Source: a virus (lineage: Duplodnaviria > Heunggongvirae > Uroviricota > Caudoviricetes). From it: DNA of 64,000 nt. Position 1 is the stretch's first letter; every line of letters starts with the position of its first letter. Of this stretch, positions 26,130-35,076 are shown piece after piece. The notes under the pieces were generated by a model that saw nothing but the letters and a program-made list of their open reading frames with translations, was not told the DNA's origin and did no database searches. The position numbers were made by a program, and so were the translations under genes. The DNA lies in the IMG/VR virus record IMGVR_UViG_3300019458_000004, positions 1 through 64,000 of that record. One strand, given 5' to 3'.

Positions 26130-26654
26130 TTATACAAATTCATATATTCCTAGATTTCTATTAAACTTAATTTTACCTTGTTTATATAAGTTCATTGCTA
26201 AAGTTTCTAAGCTTTTATGAGCTTTAGTATGATTACTTAAATTAGTAATCCATAAGTTGCATATTTCATTATTAAACTTATTTCCATCTATGTGATGGAC
26301 TATTTCTTCTTTAGTTAACTTTCTATTCAAATGTTCTTCTAAAATTCGTCTACGCACAAATATTCCGCGTTTTTCTCTTTTATATCCTTTATCAATAACA
26401 TATTTATTTTGTGTTCTGTTTCTATCAGTTCGAATTTTTATAACACAGTTTGGGCATTTTAAGTATTTTCTTTTACTTATATTTCTATGTTTTATTTGAA
26501 ATGTATTTTCACAAGAATCACATTTTAATATTTTACCATAGTTTTTATTTTTACAACATTCTTTACATTCTCCAGCATAACCATCTTTTATACATTTATT
26601 TCTATAAAAATGGTTATACGAGAGACTATTTTTACAAGAACTACACCTTTTCAT
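26130..26654 (-). CDS. HNH endonuclease
   Basis: Multiple CxxC, HHIDGNKFNN...NHTKAHK. Start moved to Met13 so it does not overlap the tRNA. Confidence 0.65.
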   Translation of the reverse strand: MKRCSSCKNSLSYNHFYRNKCIKDGYAGECKECCKNKNYGKILKCDSCENTFQIKHRNISKRKYLKCPNCVIKIRTDRNRTQNKYVIDKGYKREKRGIFVRRRILEEHLNRKLTKEEIVHHIDGNKFNNEICNLWITNLSNHTKAHKSLETLAMNLYKQGKIKFNRNLGIYEFV

Positions 26655-26662
26655 TTTAAAAC

Positions 26663-26736
26663 CTGCGGGAACAGGGATTGAACCTGTCATAAGCTCATTA
26701 ACAGTGAGTTGTGTCCACCTTGTTCACCTTCCCGCA
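26663..26736 (-). tRNA. tRNA-Asn (anticodon GUU), no encoded CCA
   Basis: Hand-folded cloverleaf: acceptor TGCGGGA/TCCCGCA (7/7), D-arm GTG-AACAAGGTGGA-CAC, anticodon loop CUGUUAA, T-arm ACAGG-TTCAATC-CCTGT, discriminator G. Confidence 0.8.
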
Positions 26737-26743
26737 AAACTTT

Positions 26744-27280
26744 TTAAAGCCATTCGTCTGACTTAGAACCATTCGCCGGAGTAGTAGCCGGTTTAGCTTC
26801 GGCAGCCTTTTCTTCCTTCTTCTTACGGAATGAAGAAACCTTTGCGCCGGTAACCGCAGGAGCAGCATTTGCTTCCGATGCCGCCGGGGCCGTTTGACGC
26901 GTATCTTGAAGTGGAGAATCGGCTAGGCGAGTTCCTTCATCAAGATCAGCTAGAGCATACTGCGTTCCAAAGCCTAATTGAATCAAAGCGCGTCCAAGAG
27001 CACCGGTTTCAGCTTTTTCCGTATGGTCTGAGAAATCTGACTTCGTTTCACGCTTCGTTCCAGTCGCCTTACGAAGCGCTTGGCCTTGTTCATTTAGAAC
27101 AATAACCGTCACTTGAGCAATCGTTTGATTATCATCAAGAGCTAGAAAATTAGTTGAAATATGGAAATTCGGAACTTCCTCAGTAAACCATTGTAAACGG
27201 TAAGCAACCATTAAATAGTCTTTTCCTTTTAAATTTTGCAGCGGTAAGGTTGTTCCCTTTGGGGTTTTTACAGTCTTCAT
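26744..27280 (-). CDS. putative ssDNA-binding protein (gp2.5-like) with acidic C-terminal tail
   Basis: Gly/Ala/Pro-rich linker and C-terminal ..GSKSDEWL tail typical of phage SSBs; assignment is weak. Confidence 0.35.
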   Translation of the reverse strand: MKTVKTPKGTTLPLQNLKGKDYLMVAYRLQWFTEEVPNFHISTNFLALDDNQTIAQVTVIVLNEQGQALRKATGTKRETKSDFSDHTEKAETGALGRALIQLGFGTQYALADLDEGTRLADSPLQDTRQTAPAASEANAAPAVTGAKVSSFRKKKEEKAAEAKPATTPANGSKSDEWL

Positions 27281-27774
27281 TTTTCTCCTATTGATTTCCA
27301 GATTTTATTTGTTTTAATTTTAAAAATTGTTTGTTTACACACATTAAATTCTTTAGCTAGTATAACTAAAGTTTCTCCCTGTTTCAACCTATTTTTAATT
27401 TTTATAACATCTTTTTCAGAAAGTTTAGCGGTCCAAACTTGAGTTCCTTTTGTTCCATTTCCTTTAGTTACTGAATGAATATTATTTTCTTTAGATGTAA
27501 CCCATTCTAAATTATTAACTGTATTATCTTTTTTATCGGCATTAATATGGTTAACTTGTGGTTTATTTTCAGGATTTGGTAAAAACGTTATAGCAACGAT
27601 TCTATGTAAAAGACAAAAAGATGACTTACCATTTTTAGAAAGGTTTATAGACCAATAACCACCATTTCCTTTGGTTGGTTTTTTGACTCTATTAAATTTT
27701 TTATTATAAACATTACCTAAATTACTAATTAGGTAATTTTCAAAACCAGGGATAGATTTCCAAATTTCTTGCAT
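27277..27774 (-). CDS. HNH endonuclease (I-HmuI-like, with NUMOD4-type N-terminus)
   Basis: N-terminal IPGFENYLISNLGNVYN, then HRIV...NHINADKKDNTVNNLEWVTSKEN. Confidence 0.65.
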   Translation of the reverse strand: MQEIWKSIPGFENYLISNLGNVYNKKFNRVKKPTKGNGGYWSINLSKNGKSSFCLLHRIVAITFLPNPENKPQVNHINADKKDNTVNNLEWVTSKENNIHSVTKGNGTKGTQVWTAKLSEKDVIKIKNRLKQGETLVILAKEFNVCKQTIFKIKTNKIWKSIGEK

Positions 27775-28005
27775 TTAATTTGTTGGATATAAAACAACAG
27801 CATTAGGCTCAAAAATATAATCAGGATCTTCTTCAGTATAATCTTCAAAATAAACATCGCCAGACCAAGTATTTTCTGGTGCGTAATCAACTTCAACTAA
27901 ATCAGCAGCAGGCGAATAATTATTTCCTTCACCATCTTTTGATAAAATAACTTCAAAATTCTGGTCAAGTTTCTTTAATTGCTTAATAAGTTCTTTTACT
28001 TTCAT
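27775..28005 (-). CDS. hypothetical acidic protein
   Basis: 76-aa ORF. Confidence 0.4.
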   Translation of the reverse strand: MKVKELIKQLKKLDQNFEVILSKDGEGNNYSPAADLVEVDYAPENTWSGDVYFEDYTEEDPDYIFEPNAVVLYPTN

Positions 28006-28232
28006 TCATCACTTTGAATAGTTTCTTGTTCAATTTGAAAACTTGCACCGGCTTTTCCCGCTTCATATGCTAATTTCATTAAATCAGGAATTTTATAACA
28101 ATCATTAAAATTTCTTCCAAGCGTATTATCTTCTGGTTCATTATCCCCAGCTGAAAAAACTTCTTTACCATCAATAAGTATATTCAACCAACTATTATAA
28201 TCGTTTAATACATTTTGAACTTTTATAATCAT
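28002..28232 (-). CDS. hypothetical protein
   Basis: 76-aa ORF. Confidence 0.4.
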   Translation of the reverse strand: MIIKVQNVLNDYNSWLNILIDGKEVFSAGDNEPEDNTLGRNFNDCYKIPDLMKLAYEAGKAGASFQIEQETIQSDE

Positions 28233-28364
28233 TTATTTTTTCCCAGATAATATAGCAAATCCTATTAATAAAAATGTAAATGCAAACATTCCCAGCGTAA
28301 AACATAACTGTTCTTCAAAACTTAGATCTCGCATTAAATAAAATGCTAAAAATCCACCACCCAT
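28233..28364 (-). CDS. small membrane protein (43 aa), below the ORF-track threshold
   Basis: MGGGFLAFYLMRDLSFEEQLCFTLGMFAFTFLLIGFAILSGKK. TAATG overlap with the upstream gene. Confidence 0.3.
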   Translation of the reverse strand: MGGGFLAFYLMRDLSFEEQLCFTLGMFAFTFLLIGFAILSGKK

Positions 28365-28672
28365 TATTCAGCCTTTGAAATAAAATTTAAATCGATATAC
28401 TGATCCAACTGTTCCCGCATTTCATATTCAGCATCGGTCATAGATCCAGATTGAACTTGCAATTCAGGAGTTCCAACATCCCCCGTTAAGGGGTTATATT
28501 GAATCTTTACAATAACATTCTGTCCATTTGGGAGCTTAGACAAACCGAACGCGGTATCCGTTAAAGCTCCAAGATTAACAGGGTTATAATCAGCGTTGGG
28601 ATCTGGTTTTCTAGGGCGTCCTGCTTTTTTCTCGCTCATCTTTCTCCTAAACAAATTTATCATATCACCCAA
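28364..28672 (-). CDS. hypothetical protein
   Basis: 102-aa ORF. Confidence 0.4.
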   Translation of the reverse strand: MGDMINLFRRKMSEKKAGRPRKPDPNADYNPVNLGALTDTAFGLSKLPNGQNVIVKIQYNPLTGDVGTPELQVQSGSMTDAEYEMREQLDQYIDLNFISKAE

Positions 28673-29385
28673 TTCTTTTCTTGTAAAGCTTGAATTGCTA
28701 TTGGGCAGATATTTTCTTTAATAACTTCGTCTAACATCTTTTTAGCAACTTCTCTAATTTCAGGTTGCGCGTGGTCTGAATTTCTGAGCTTTTGAAAATT
28801 CGCAAAAGAACGTAAATTCATAATCGTTGTTCGTTCCGTCATTCCAGCCGTTGGAAGTTGGCCCCTTAAAATTTCCCGGCATCTTTTGTATTCCTGATTA
28901 GTAATTTCTCCTTGTTTTTCATAATGCTTTAATTTATCAATGCTTAATTTATAATTGTTTGTCGCTATTTCACAGGATTCATAATACGCCTCAAAAATAT
29001 TCCACTCAGGATTAGGGGATTTTGGGGTTGGGAAGATATTAGGCAGTTTATCAACTTTTTGAATAATATCATCAATATCGTCGGGAAGTTCATAGTAATC
29101 TGTGGGCATGGTCCTATATCTTCCGGAAAGTCCTGAGTGGCTTGCTATTCTATGTGTCATGATTTGACGGTCGGTAAAAATAGGAATTCGCATCCAAAAA
29201 CGAAATACAACTGATTCAAAAGGGGTGGAATGTCCATCCTTTGCTAAACGTTTAACAAGATCGGCTATTTGTTCTTCTGTTTTTGTCTCACGCTTTGATT
29301 TATCGAAGCTAGAAGTCCAAGCAGAATTTGCAACACTTTTATCGTTTCCCATTGATTCTTGAAGTTCTACAAGAATTTGATTCAT
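28660..29385 (-). CDS. thyX: flavin-dependent thymidylate synthase ThyX
   Basis: FESVVFRFWMRIPIFTDRQIMTHRIASHSGLSGRY matches the ThyX core with an (R/T)HRx7S-type motif. Start moved to Met20, with GAGGA RBS, so it clears the upstream RNA elements. Confidence 0.6.
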   Translation of the reverse strand: MNQILVELQESMGNDKSVANSAWTSSFDKSKRETKTEEQIADLVKRLAKDGHSTPFESVVFRFWMRIPIFTDRQIMTHRIASHSGLSGRYRTMPTDYYELPDDIDDIIQKVDKLPNIFPTPKSPNPEWNIFEAYYESCEIATNNYKLSIDKLKHYEKQGEITNQEYKRCREILRGQLPTAGMTERTTIMNLRSFANFQKLRNSDHAQPEIREVAKKMLDEVIKENICPIAIQALQEKNWVI

Positions 29386-29414
29386 AAAAATCCTCGGATA
29401 AAAAACGCCAAACG

Positions 29415-29484
29415 GATTAAACGAGAAGAGTCGAACTTCCATCTCTTGAAGTTAATCAAGCGCTTACCAACTAAGCTACGTCTC
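29415..29484 (-). ncRNA. tRNA-like element with non-canonical 6-nt anticodon loop (possible second Y-RNA/tRNA mimic or degenerate tRNA)
   Basis: Acceptor TGAGACG/CGTTTAA (one mismatch, one GU), D-arm GCTT-AGTTGGT-AAGC, stem CTTGA/TCAAG enclosing the 6-nt loop TTAACT, T-arm GGAAG-TTCGACT-CTTCT. Followed by GGCGUUUUUU. Confidence 0.4.
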
Positions 29485-29527
29485 ATACAGGTTGAGATAA
29501 CCGTTCAACTTTCGACCCGAATTTTAA

Positions 29528-29672
29528 AAATTTTCTGGATAAAAGGCGTCATGGGAAACCCCTTTCGGGAATGATTTGCTCTACCAACTGAGCTACAATC
29601 ATCTTTCGATGATTGACGGGATTCGAACCCGCGACCCAATCTCCATATAACCCATTAACTACGACCCAGAAA
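29528..29672 (-). ncRNA. Y-RNA-like ncRNA (YrlA-type) with permuted tRNA-like module, immediately downstream of the Ro60 orthologue
   Basis: On the minus strand: T-arm GCGGG-TTCGAAT-CCCGT, helix CAATCATC-GAAA-GATGATTG (acceptor-like stem closed by a GNRA tetraloop), D-arm GCTC-AGTTGGTA-GAGC, possible terminal stem UUUCUGG/CCAGAAA, then a U-run. The 5' end overlaps the last codons of the vWA ORF. Confidence 0.45.
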
Positions 29673-31218
29673 TAAACCTATTAATAACCTCAGTAACCGT
29701 AGAATCAAATCCCACAATTCGAAGAACGTTCTTATCGTTCATTTCAAAGTTTGAATATCCCCCAGCAACCATACCAACCTCAATAACCTTTACATCAAGA
29801 TTAATTTTACGATACAAAGCCAATTCTTGTACTGAGTGTGAATTACCAGCCCAAGTCTCGTTATCCGTTAGAATAACAATCACATCATACTTATTCTTAG
29901 TATGAAGAGCATACTTAATAGCTAGAGAACAGTCAGTTCCACCACCATTTGGCGTTCCACGAAGAATTTCATCAAGAGAATGCCTTCGACCAATTTGAGG
30001 CACCATAACCTTGGTATCAAACCAAATAAGCTCTGCATTAGCTTCAGAACGCATAATAGCCATTGAAAGAGCAGCCGATACATCCTTCGGAGTAAGTCTA
30101 GATTTATTAATCGTAGCCGAACTCATGCTGCCCGAAACGTCCACCGCCAAGAGAATACTCTTTCAAGTCGGCACAAGCACTTCTAAAGCCGCGTAATATG
30201 CGTTATTTAGGGCGTCATTGATGTTTTGATTGGGCGTCCACATCTTATTACCCAAATCGCCATGACCGCTGCTATAAACGCGTAGAGCATTTAATAGGGT
30301 CACAGAATGAACTTTAGATTTCTTAATGTTTTCAGCACTTAGCTTATTAACAATAGCCTTAGTCGTTTCACTGTTTCCAACCGTCATTCCGTTGCTAGCA
30401 AAACGGTTAAGATTACGAAGAAGAGCAAAAACTGGCATATTAACCAACAATGCATCAAGAATAGCCGGGGTATTCAATTGTTCATTAGGAATCATTTTCC
30501 AGGTCAAACGATATTCCTTAATGAATTCGGCAAGATCCTTGCCTTCCATCATTTGAGCTTTTTCAAAGGCAGCTAGAAGGTTATCTTCCGGAGCCGTTCC
30601 TTCTTCTTGAGTTAGATACTGGAAAATGTAATTATGTTCCGCCGAAGAAGCATGAGAAAGACGAAGAACGTCACGATGCTGAAAACCTTCACGATTTCGG
30701 TACTTTACAACTTGATACTCAACGTCCTTTGGCGTTTTAAGAGTATACCATTTAGAAACAGCAGTTCGAAGACCGCGTGACCAGCCACGAAGATTTTGCA
30801 CATTCGCTAGAAACATGAAAAGCTGAGTAGCGGTATTAAGAACACCAGGCATAGGAATTGCCGCATAAACCGCCTTTTTAACTTCCGCAGTTCCATGGGC
30901 AGCCAAAAGAGCCAATACAAATACAGAAGGATCAACCTTTGGAGCCTTCTTATTCTTCAAAACGTCAACAACAGTGCTAAGAACCTTAAACCCATCTTCC
31001 TTAATGTAATTAATTACAGCATTAGCATTTTCAACCGTTAAAGTCTGCTTATCAACATAATACGTTCCTTCTTCGGAACCAATAAGAAGAAATCGTTCAA
31101 GAAGTTCTTGATTGGTCACAGCAAAACTATAACCACCAGCATTATTCTTAACCATGGTTTTACCAGGAATAGGTTGTGTTTGATGCGTCTTTGAAATCAT
31201 TTTTGAGTAATTTCCCAT
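29659..31218 (-). CDS. rsr: Ro60/Rsr orthologue (TROVE domain + C-terminal vWA/MIDAS), interrupted by one in-frame TGA (30163-30165)
   Basis: ORF 30163..31218 is TROVE-like. ORF 29659..30150 has vWA MIDAS LAVDVSGSM..TDN. They are in the same frame and separated only by TGA: ..EVLVPT*KSILLAVDVSGSM. Confidence 0.7.
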
Positions 31219-31232
31219 TGTATTGTTCCTTT

Positions 31233-31448
31233 TTAATAATACGGATAAATAAATGTAAACCAGGGGTATTTTCCGATAAATAACCGGACTCCGTTCAAAA
31301 ACTCATCTGGTGTTTCCCAATCATCTTTTTTAGAAGAAAATAAAGCCTTTAGATTAGTATTAGGCTCCGGGGGATTATTAATTGTTTTATTAAACAATTC
31401 CCAGTCTTTTTCACTTAAAACGACTTTTTCTGTTTTTTCATCACTCAT
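31233..31448 (-). CDS. hypothetical protein
   Basis: 71-aa ORF. Confidence 0.35.
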   Translation of the reverse strand: MSDEKTEKVVLSEKDWELFNKTINNPPEPNTNLKALFSSKKDDWETPDEFLNGVRLFIGKYPWFTFIYPYY

Positions 31449-31627
31449 AAAAGCTCATCGAACCATTCCATTTCGTCTTTACCATTATCTTTTAATCGAT
31501 AATGACTAGCTTTTGTCTTAATATCCACAAATTCTACTGAATGCCTTTTATATGAATAATTTACCAAAATTGCAACTGTAGGTTGTCCGTTTTCACATTC
31601 GTAAATATCTTTAACTTCATAATCTAA

Positions 31628-32023
31628 TCAAGTATATTTTATATGCGCTAAAAGTTCAGTTAAATCATTAAAAAAGAAATCAAGTGCATTTCGAGCATCT
31701 CTTTGAGTTTTAATTGTTTCATGATTTTCTCGTTTCATACAACGATTAAAACAAGTTTCAAATGATTCATGAAGAACAACTATTCTAGTCTTATATCCGG
31801 CTTCTTTAGCTGGAATAAGGTATCGATTTCTTTGTTCTTTAGAGAAATTCATACGATCAACAATAATCGGTAATTCACTTTTAACCGATTCTAGAAAAAG
31901 CTTTTGATGCCCCTCTTTTCCTTGTAAATCTTGATTAATATAAACGGAATCATTTAATTCGCCTAAAGCTTTCGTACTTTTTCCGCTTCCGGGCGGTCCA
32001 ACGAGTAAAATGAGTTCTTTCAT
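31628..32023 (-). CDS. P-loop kinase (polynucleotide-kinase/AAA_33-like)
   Basis: Trimmed to MKELILLVGPPGSGKST. IIVDRMNFSKEQR motif. ATGA overlap with the upstream gene. Confidence 0.5.
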   Translation of the reverse strand: MKELILLVGPPGSGKSTKALGELNDSVYINQDLQGKEGHQKLFLESVKSELPIIVDRMNFSKEQRNRYLIPAKEAGYKTRIVVLHESFETCFNRCMKRENHETIKTQRDARNALDFFFNDLTELLAHIKYT

Positions 32024-32208
32024 CCGTAAATTCTCCAAAGGATAAAACCAAAACAAAGTAATCCTTTTAAAAATCTCTTTCCTAAAATGGCCCAAACTTT
32101 ATCAGCATGAGTTTTGAAAAGAATTTCATCTGTAGCAATAAATCCTATAATAAATTGAAATAAATAAAATATTCCAACTATTAATATGATCCAGTCAAGT
32201 GGTTTCAT
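32020..32208 (-). CDS. hypothetical small membrane protein
   Basis: Two hydrophobic helices. Confidence 0.35.
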   Translation of the reverse strand: MKPLDWIILIVGIFYLFQFIIGFIATDEILFKTHADKVWAILGKRFLKGLLCFGFILWRIYG

Positions 32209-32377
32209 TTAATCACCACCATTTTTATAACATGATCTAGATTAATAATTGAATGATCTCCAACATTAACAAATCGCAAAGCGCTGTTAAAGAATGTTCG
32301 AACTTCGTCAATATAATTAAATTCTTGAAATTCAAGTGTATTTTTAGTTCCATCAATTAATGTAAATTCTAATTTTA

Positions 32378-32632
32378 TCATAACTCATTTTCTAATTTAT
32401 ATAGAAGCTCTAGAATTTCATCTATTTCCCAGATCGGTGCTGGGGTAAGTTCCACGCTAACACCTAAAGTGTATTTTAAATTCTGTAGCTTTTCAATAAC
32501 TGAGGAAAGAAGCTGCTTATTCGCCGATATTTCTGGTTCATAAATTACAGTTTTTTGTGCTCCAATTGCGCATTGATGAATAACATTATTTCCCCAATCT
32601 GCTCTGCAATAATTACAAACAATCTTTCTCAT
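32378..32632 (-). CDS. hypothetical protein
   Basis: 84-aa ORF. Confidence 0.35.
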   Translation of the reverse strand: MRKIVCNYCRADWGNNVIHQCAIGAQKTVIYEPEISANKQLLSSVIEKLQNLKYTLGVSVELTPAPIWEIDEILELLYKLENEL

Positions 32633-33096
32633 TATTTCTTCTCCGGTAAAACCATCAAATCATCATCTTGTTTAATCCATTTAATATATTCAAAAACTTT
32701 ATAAGCTATTTCTATACTTTCTTTAAGATGTCCTACCGCTAAATTACAACCATTACACAATAATGCTCTTATTTTACCAGTTTCATGACAATGATCTACC
32801 GATAAACCATATTTTTTCCCTTTAATTAAATTTTCAGAATTTCCACAAGCTTTACATTTATTGTTCTGTTTTAACAACATATCTTGATATTGTTCAGGAG
32901 TAATATTATAACGACGTTTGCGAAGGTTATCAGTTATAATTTTTTTATGCTTCTCTTTATTTTTTTCGTATCGCGCTCTACATAAAGCATTTCTTTTATC
33001 TTTATGTTTAAGATGCCTAAGTCGATCATAATGGATTATGCAAAGCCCCTTGACTTTCAACATTTGATCACAATTTTGAAAAGAACACTTTTTCAT
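32632..33096 (-). CDS. recombination endonuclease VII (T4 gp49-like Holliday junction resolvase)
   Basis: VDHCHETGKIRALLCNGCNLAVG (EndoVII signature) with an N-terminal zinc finger. Confidence 0.75.
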   Translation of the reverse strand: MKKCSFQNCDQMLKVKGLCIIHYDRLRHLKHKDKRNALCRARYEKNKEKHKKIITDNLRKRRYNITPEQYQDMLLKQNNKCKACGNSENLIKGKKYGLSVDHCHETGKIRALLCNGCNLAVGHLKESIEIAYKVFEYIKWIKQDDDLMVLPEKK

Positions 33097-34301
33097 TTGT
33101 CTTTTAATTCAATTAAATCAGAATCATCGTTTTTCCAACATTTATTAAAAAATGGACAGCGATATTCCGAATTAGCGGAACCACAGGCATTAAGATTTGG
33201 TACAAACGATGCTTTTTTAATACCTTCAGCCGATAAATCAAATGTATCCATTACAAGAGCTTCTGCTGCTTCCGTAACATCATTTAATATTACATCATAA
33301 CGGCCTTCCGGTGCAATAGTCTCGTTCCATTCTCCATTACAACGTTGTGTATAGCCGCCTAATGTTCCGGTTGTTCCATCTGATAATTTTGAAACAACAT
33401 CAGGATGAGTAATTTCATTAGGACAAGTTTTATGCCGTCCACCAGAGCCATCATATTCGCATTTTGAACACAACTTCTTCTTATTCTTATTTAATTGTTT
33501 ATAAAGAACAATAAACCCAACCCCCGTTGCTTTGTATGCTTCTTTTTCAGCATGGTAATACAAAATAAGCTGTGGGCTCGTTGTAGCGGCATCACTTTCA
33601 TATTCCATAGAAGAGGTTTTATGATCAAGAATATAAATCTTGTCGTCTTCCATTTCAGCAATTAAATCGATATAACCAGTAATTTCATCGCCTTCGACGT
33701 TCTTAATTGAAATACGTTTTTGTTGAACAAGAACTTTCTTAATACGGGGGAGAATATGTTGGTTATATCCTTCGAGCATGATACAACCTTTATTGAACAT
33801 ACAAATCCAATGCCCATAATTATAGACTAGTTTTTGTTCTTCGGTTAGCCCAGCATGTCCTTTTTCTTTTTTTAATTCACGATAAAAAGCGGTAAGTTGT
33901 TTTAAGGATTTATCTGTTTGGATATTATGTCGTTTCTTAACTTCTTCAAATTTCTGTTCATCCTTTTCAAAGATTAAATCACCATCATAATCTTTTTGAG
34001 CATAAACTACTTTTGTAGTCCAAGGAAGAGTAGTTAATTCACCATTGATTTCTTGTAAAGTCCAAATCTTAGCAAGCTGTTCTTTTGCTTTATTAATATC
34101 TCTTGTATCGAGGAGTGTTCCTAAAGCTTTGTCTAGTGCAGAACCAAAAAGAAGTGCTCCGGAAATAACTTTAGATCTTAAGCGTAGTAAATAATGAAAT
34201 TTATAACGTAAGCCGCATTCAGAATAAGTACGAATTGAACTATGTGAAATTCTAAGCGACATATGGCTCCAAAATTTCCTCTGTTGGCCATTCGTCAACA
34301 A
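33093..34301 (-). CDS. PD-(D/E)XK-family nuclease (RecB/Cas4-like) with C-terminal Cys cluster
   Basis: GYIDLIAEMEDDKIYILDHKTS (D..E/D-x-K). Downstream cysteines C..C...C..C. Confidence 0.4.
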   Translation of the reverse strand: MLTNGQQRKFWSHMSLRISHSSIRTYSECGLRYKFHYLLRLRSKVISGALLFGSALDKALGTLLDTRDINKAKEQLAKIWTLQEINGELTTLPWTTKVVYAQKDYDGDLIFEKDEQKFEEVKKRHNIQTDKSLKQLTAFYRELKKEKGHAGLTEEQKLVYNYGHWICMFNKGCIMLEGYNQHILPRIKKVLVQQKRISIKNVEGDEITGYIDLIAEMEDDKIYILDHKTSSMEYESDAATTSPQLILYYHAEKEAYKATGVGFIVLYKQLNKNKKKLCSKCEYDGSGGRHKTCPNEITHPDVVSKLSDGTTGTLGGYTQRCNGEWNETIAPEGRYDVILNDVTEAAEALVMDTFDLSAEGIKKASFVPNLNACGSANSEYRCPFFNKCWKNDDSDLIELKDK

Positions 34302-34539
34302 ATTTAATCATTTCTAATTGAATTACTTGGGTAGTCCCATCAGTTAATTTAACCAAAGCACCAGTAGATTTCAATTGATAATAAGCTGGTCCAAATCCTG
34401 AATTATATCGAGTTTCAATATAATCAGCGTATTCAATAAATTCAACCGGAATAAAAGGATGTTTCCAGCAAGCTTTATTTGGATGATGCTGCTTGGGAAA
34501 AATTATAATCGCTTTTTTCATCTTTTTTAAGTATAGCAA
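34252..34539 (-). CDS. hypothetical protein
   Basis: 95-aa ORF. Confidence 0.35.
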   Translation of the reverse strand: MLYLKKMKKAIIIFPKQHHPNKACWKHPFIPVEFIEYADYIETRYNSGFGPAYYQLKSTGALVKLTDGTTQVIQLEMIKFVDEWPTEEILEPYVA

Positions 34540-34858
34540 TTAATTCTTTATCCCACAACTTATAAATGCGTTTTCTTCTACCGCGAAGTTTTTTCTTTCG
34601 TCCTTTCTTTTTTCGCTTTTTAGGACCATATAGACATTTTTCAGAACACCAAACTTCTCCATAACCCCAAGGAATTGAATGATGTCCCCAAGCTCTATTA
34701 TATTTACAATGTTTTCCACATTTTTCGCATTTAGATAGTTTAACTGTTATTTTAGCGGCGTAATATTGACAAGAAGCATCCCAAGCTTCTTCGTCAGAAA
34801 GATTCCTTGATTTGGGATTCGGGAACCATTTTTGAAGGGGTACTGGATAAATACTCAT
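34475..34858 (-). CDS. hypothetical zinc-finger protein with basic tail
   Basis: CEKCGKHC...CSEKC, then KKRKKKGRKKKLRGRRKR. Confidence 0.35.
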   Translation of the reverse strand: MSIYPVPLQKWFPNPKSRNLSDEEAWDASCQYYAAKITVKLSKCEKCGKHCKYNRAWGHHSIPWGYGEVWCSEKCLYGPKKRKKKGRKKKLRGRRKRIYKLWDKELIAILKKDEKSDYNFSQAASSK

Positions 34859-35076
34859 TCTTTATCCTTAATTTTAACAACCGGAAATAGATTATACCCA
34901 TCACTTGTTAAATATTGAGAACGTAATCCGCATTGTTTTGATACAGCTTTAAAATAACCTGTTTGATCTGGTTTATAAATATCTCCACAAGTTGAAATAT
35001 TATCTAGTAAATCCCATAATTTATGAGCTATTTCTTCCCAAGACATTTCTTTTAGATTATTCGAATTATTATTCAT
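34855..35076 (-). CDS. hypothetical protein
   Basis: 73-aa ORF. Confidence 0.35.
   Translation of the reverse strand: MNNNSNNLKEMSWEEIAHKLWDLLDNISTCGDIYKPDQTGYFKAVSKQCGLRSQYLTSDGYNLFPVVKIKDKE

Noticed and set aside
29528-29672. Reading the T-arm/D-arm cluster as one or two ordinary tRNA genes.
   Set aside because: The T-arm plus acceptor 3' strand precedes the acceptor 5' strand plus D-arm on the same strand. No complementary acceptor partner exists upstream or downstream for either half. The perfect 8-bp complement is between the two halves across a GAAA loop, so it is a permuted tRNA-like module.
29659-31218. Alternative genetic code (UGA sense) for the whole phage.
   Set aside because: All other long ORFs (PolB, primase-helicase, RNR, TerL, portal) are intact under the standard code and no other same-frame ORF pair is separated by a lone TGA.
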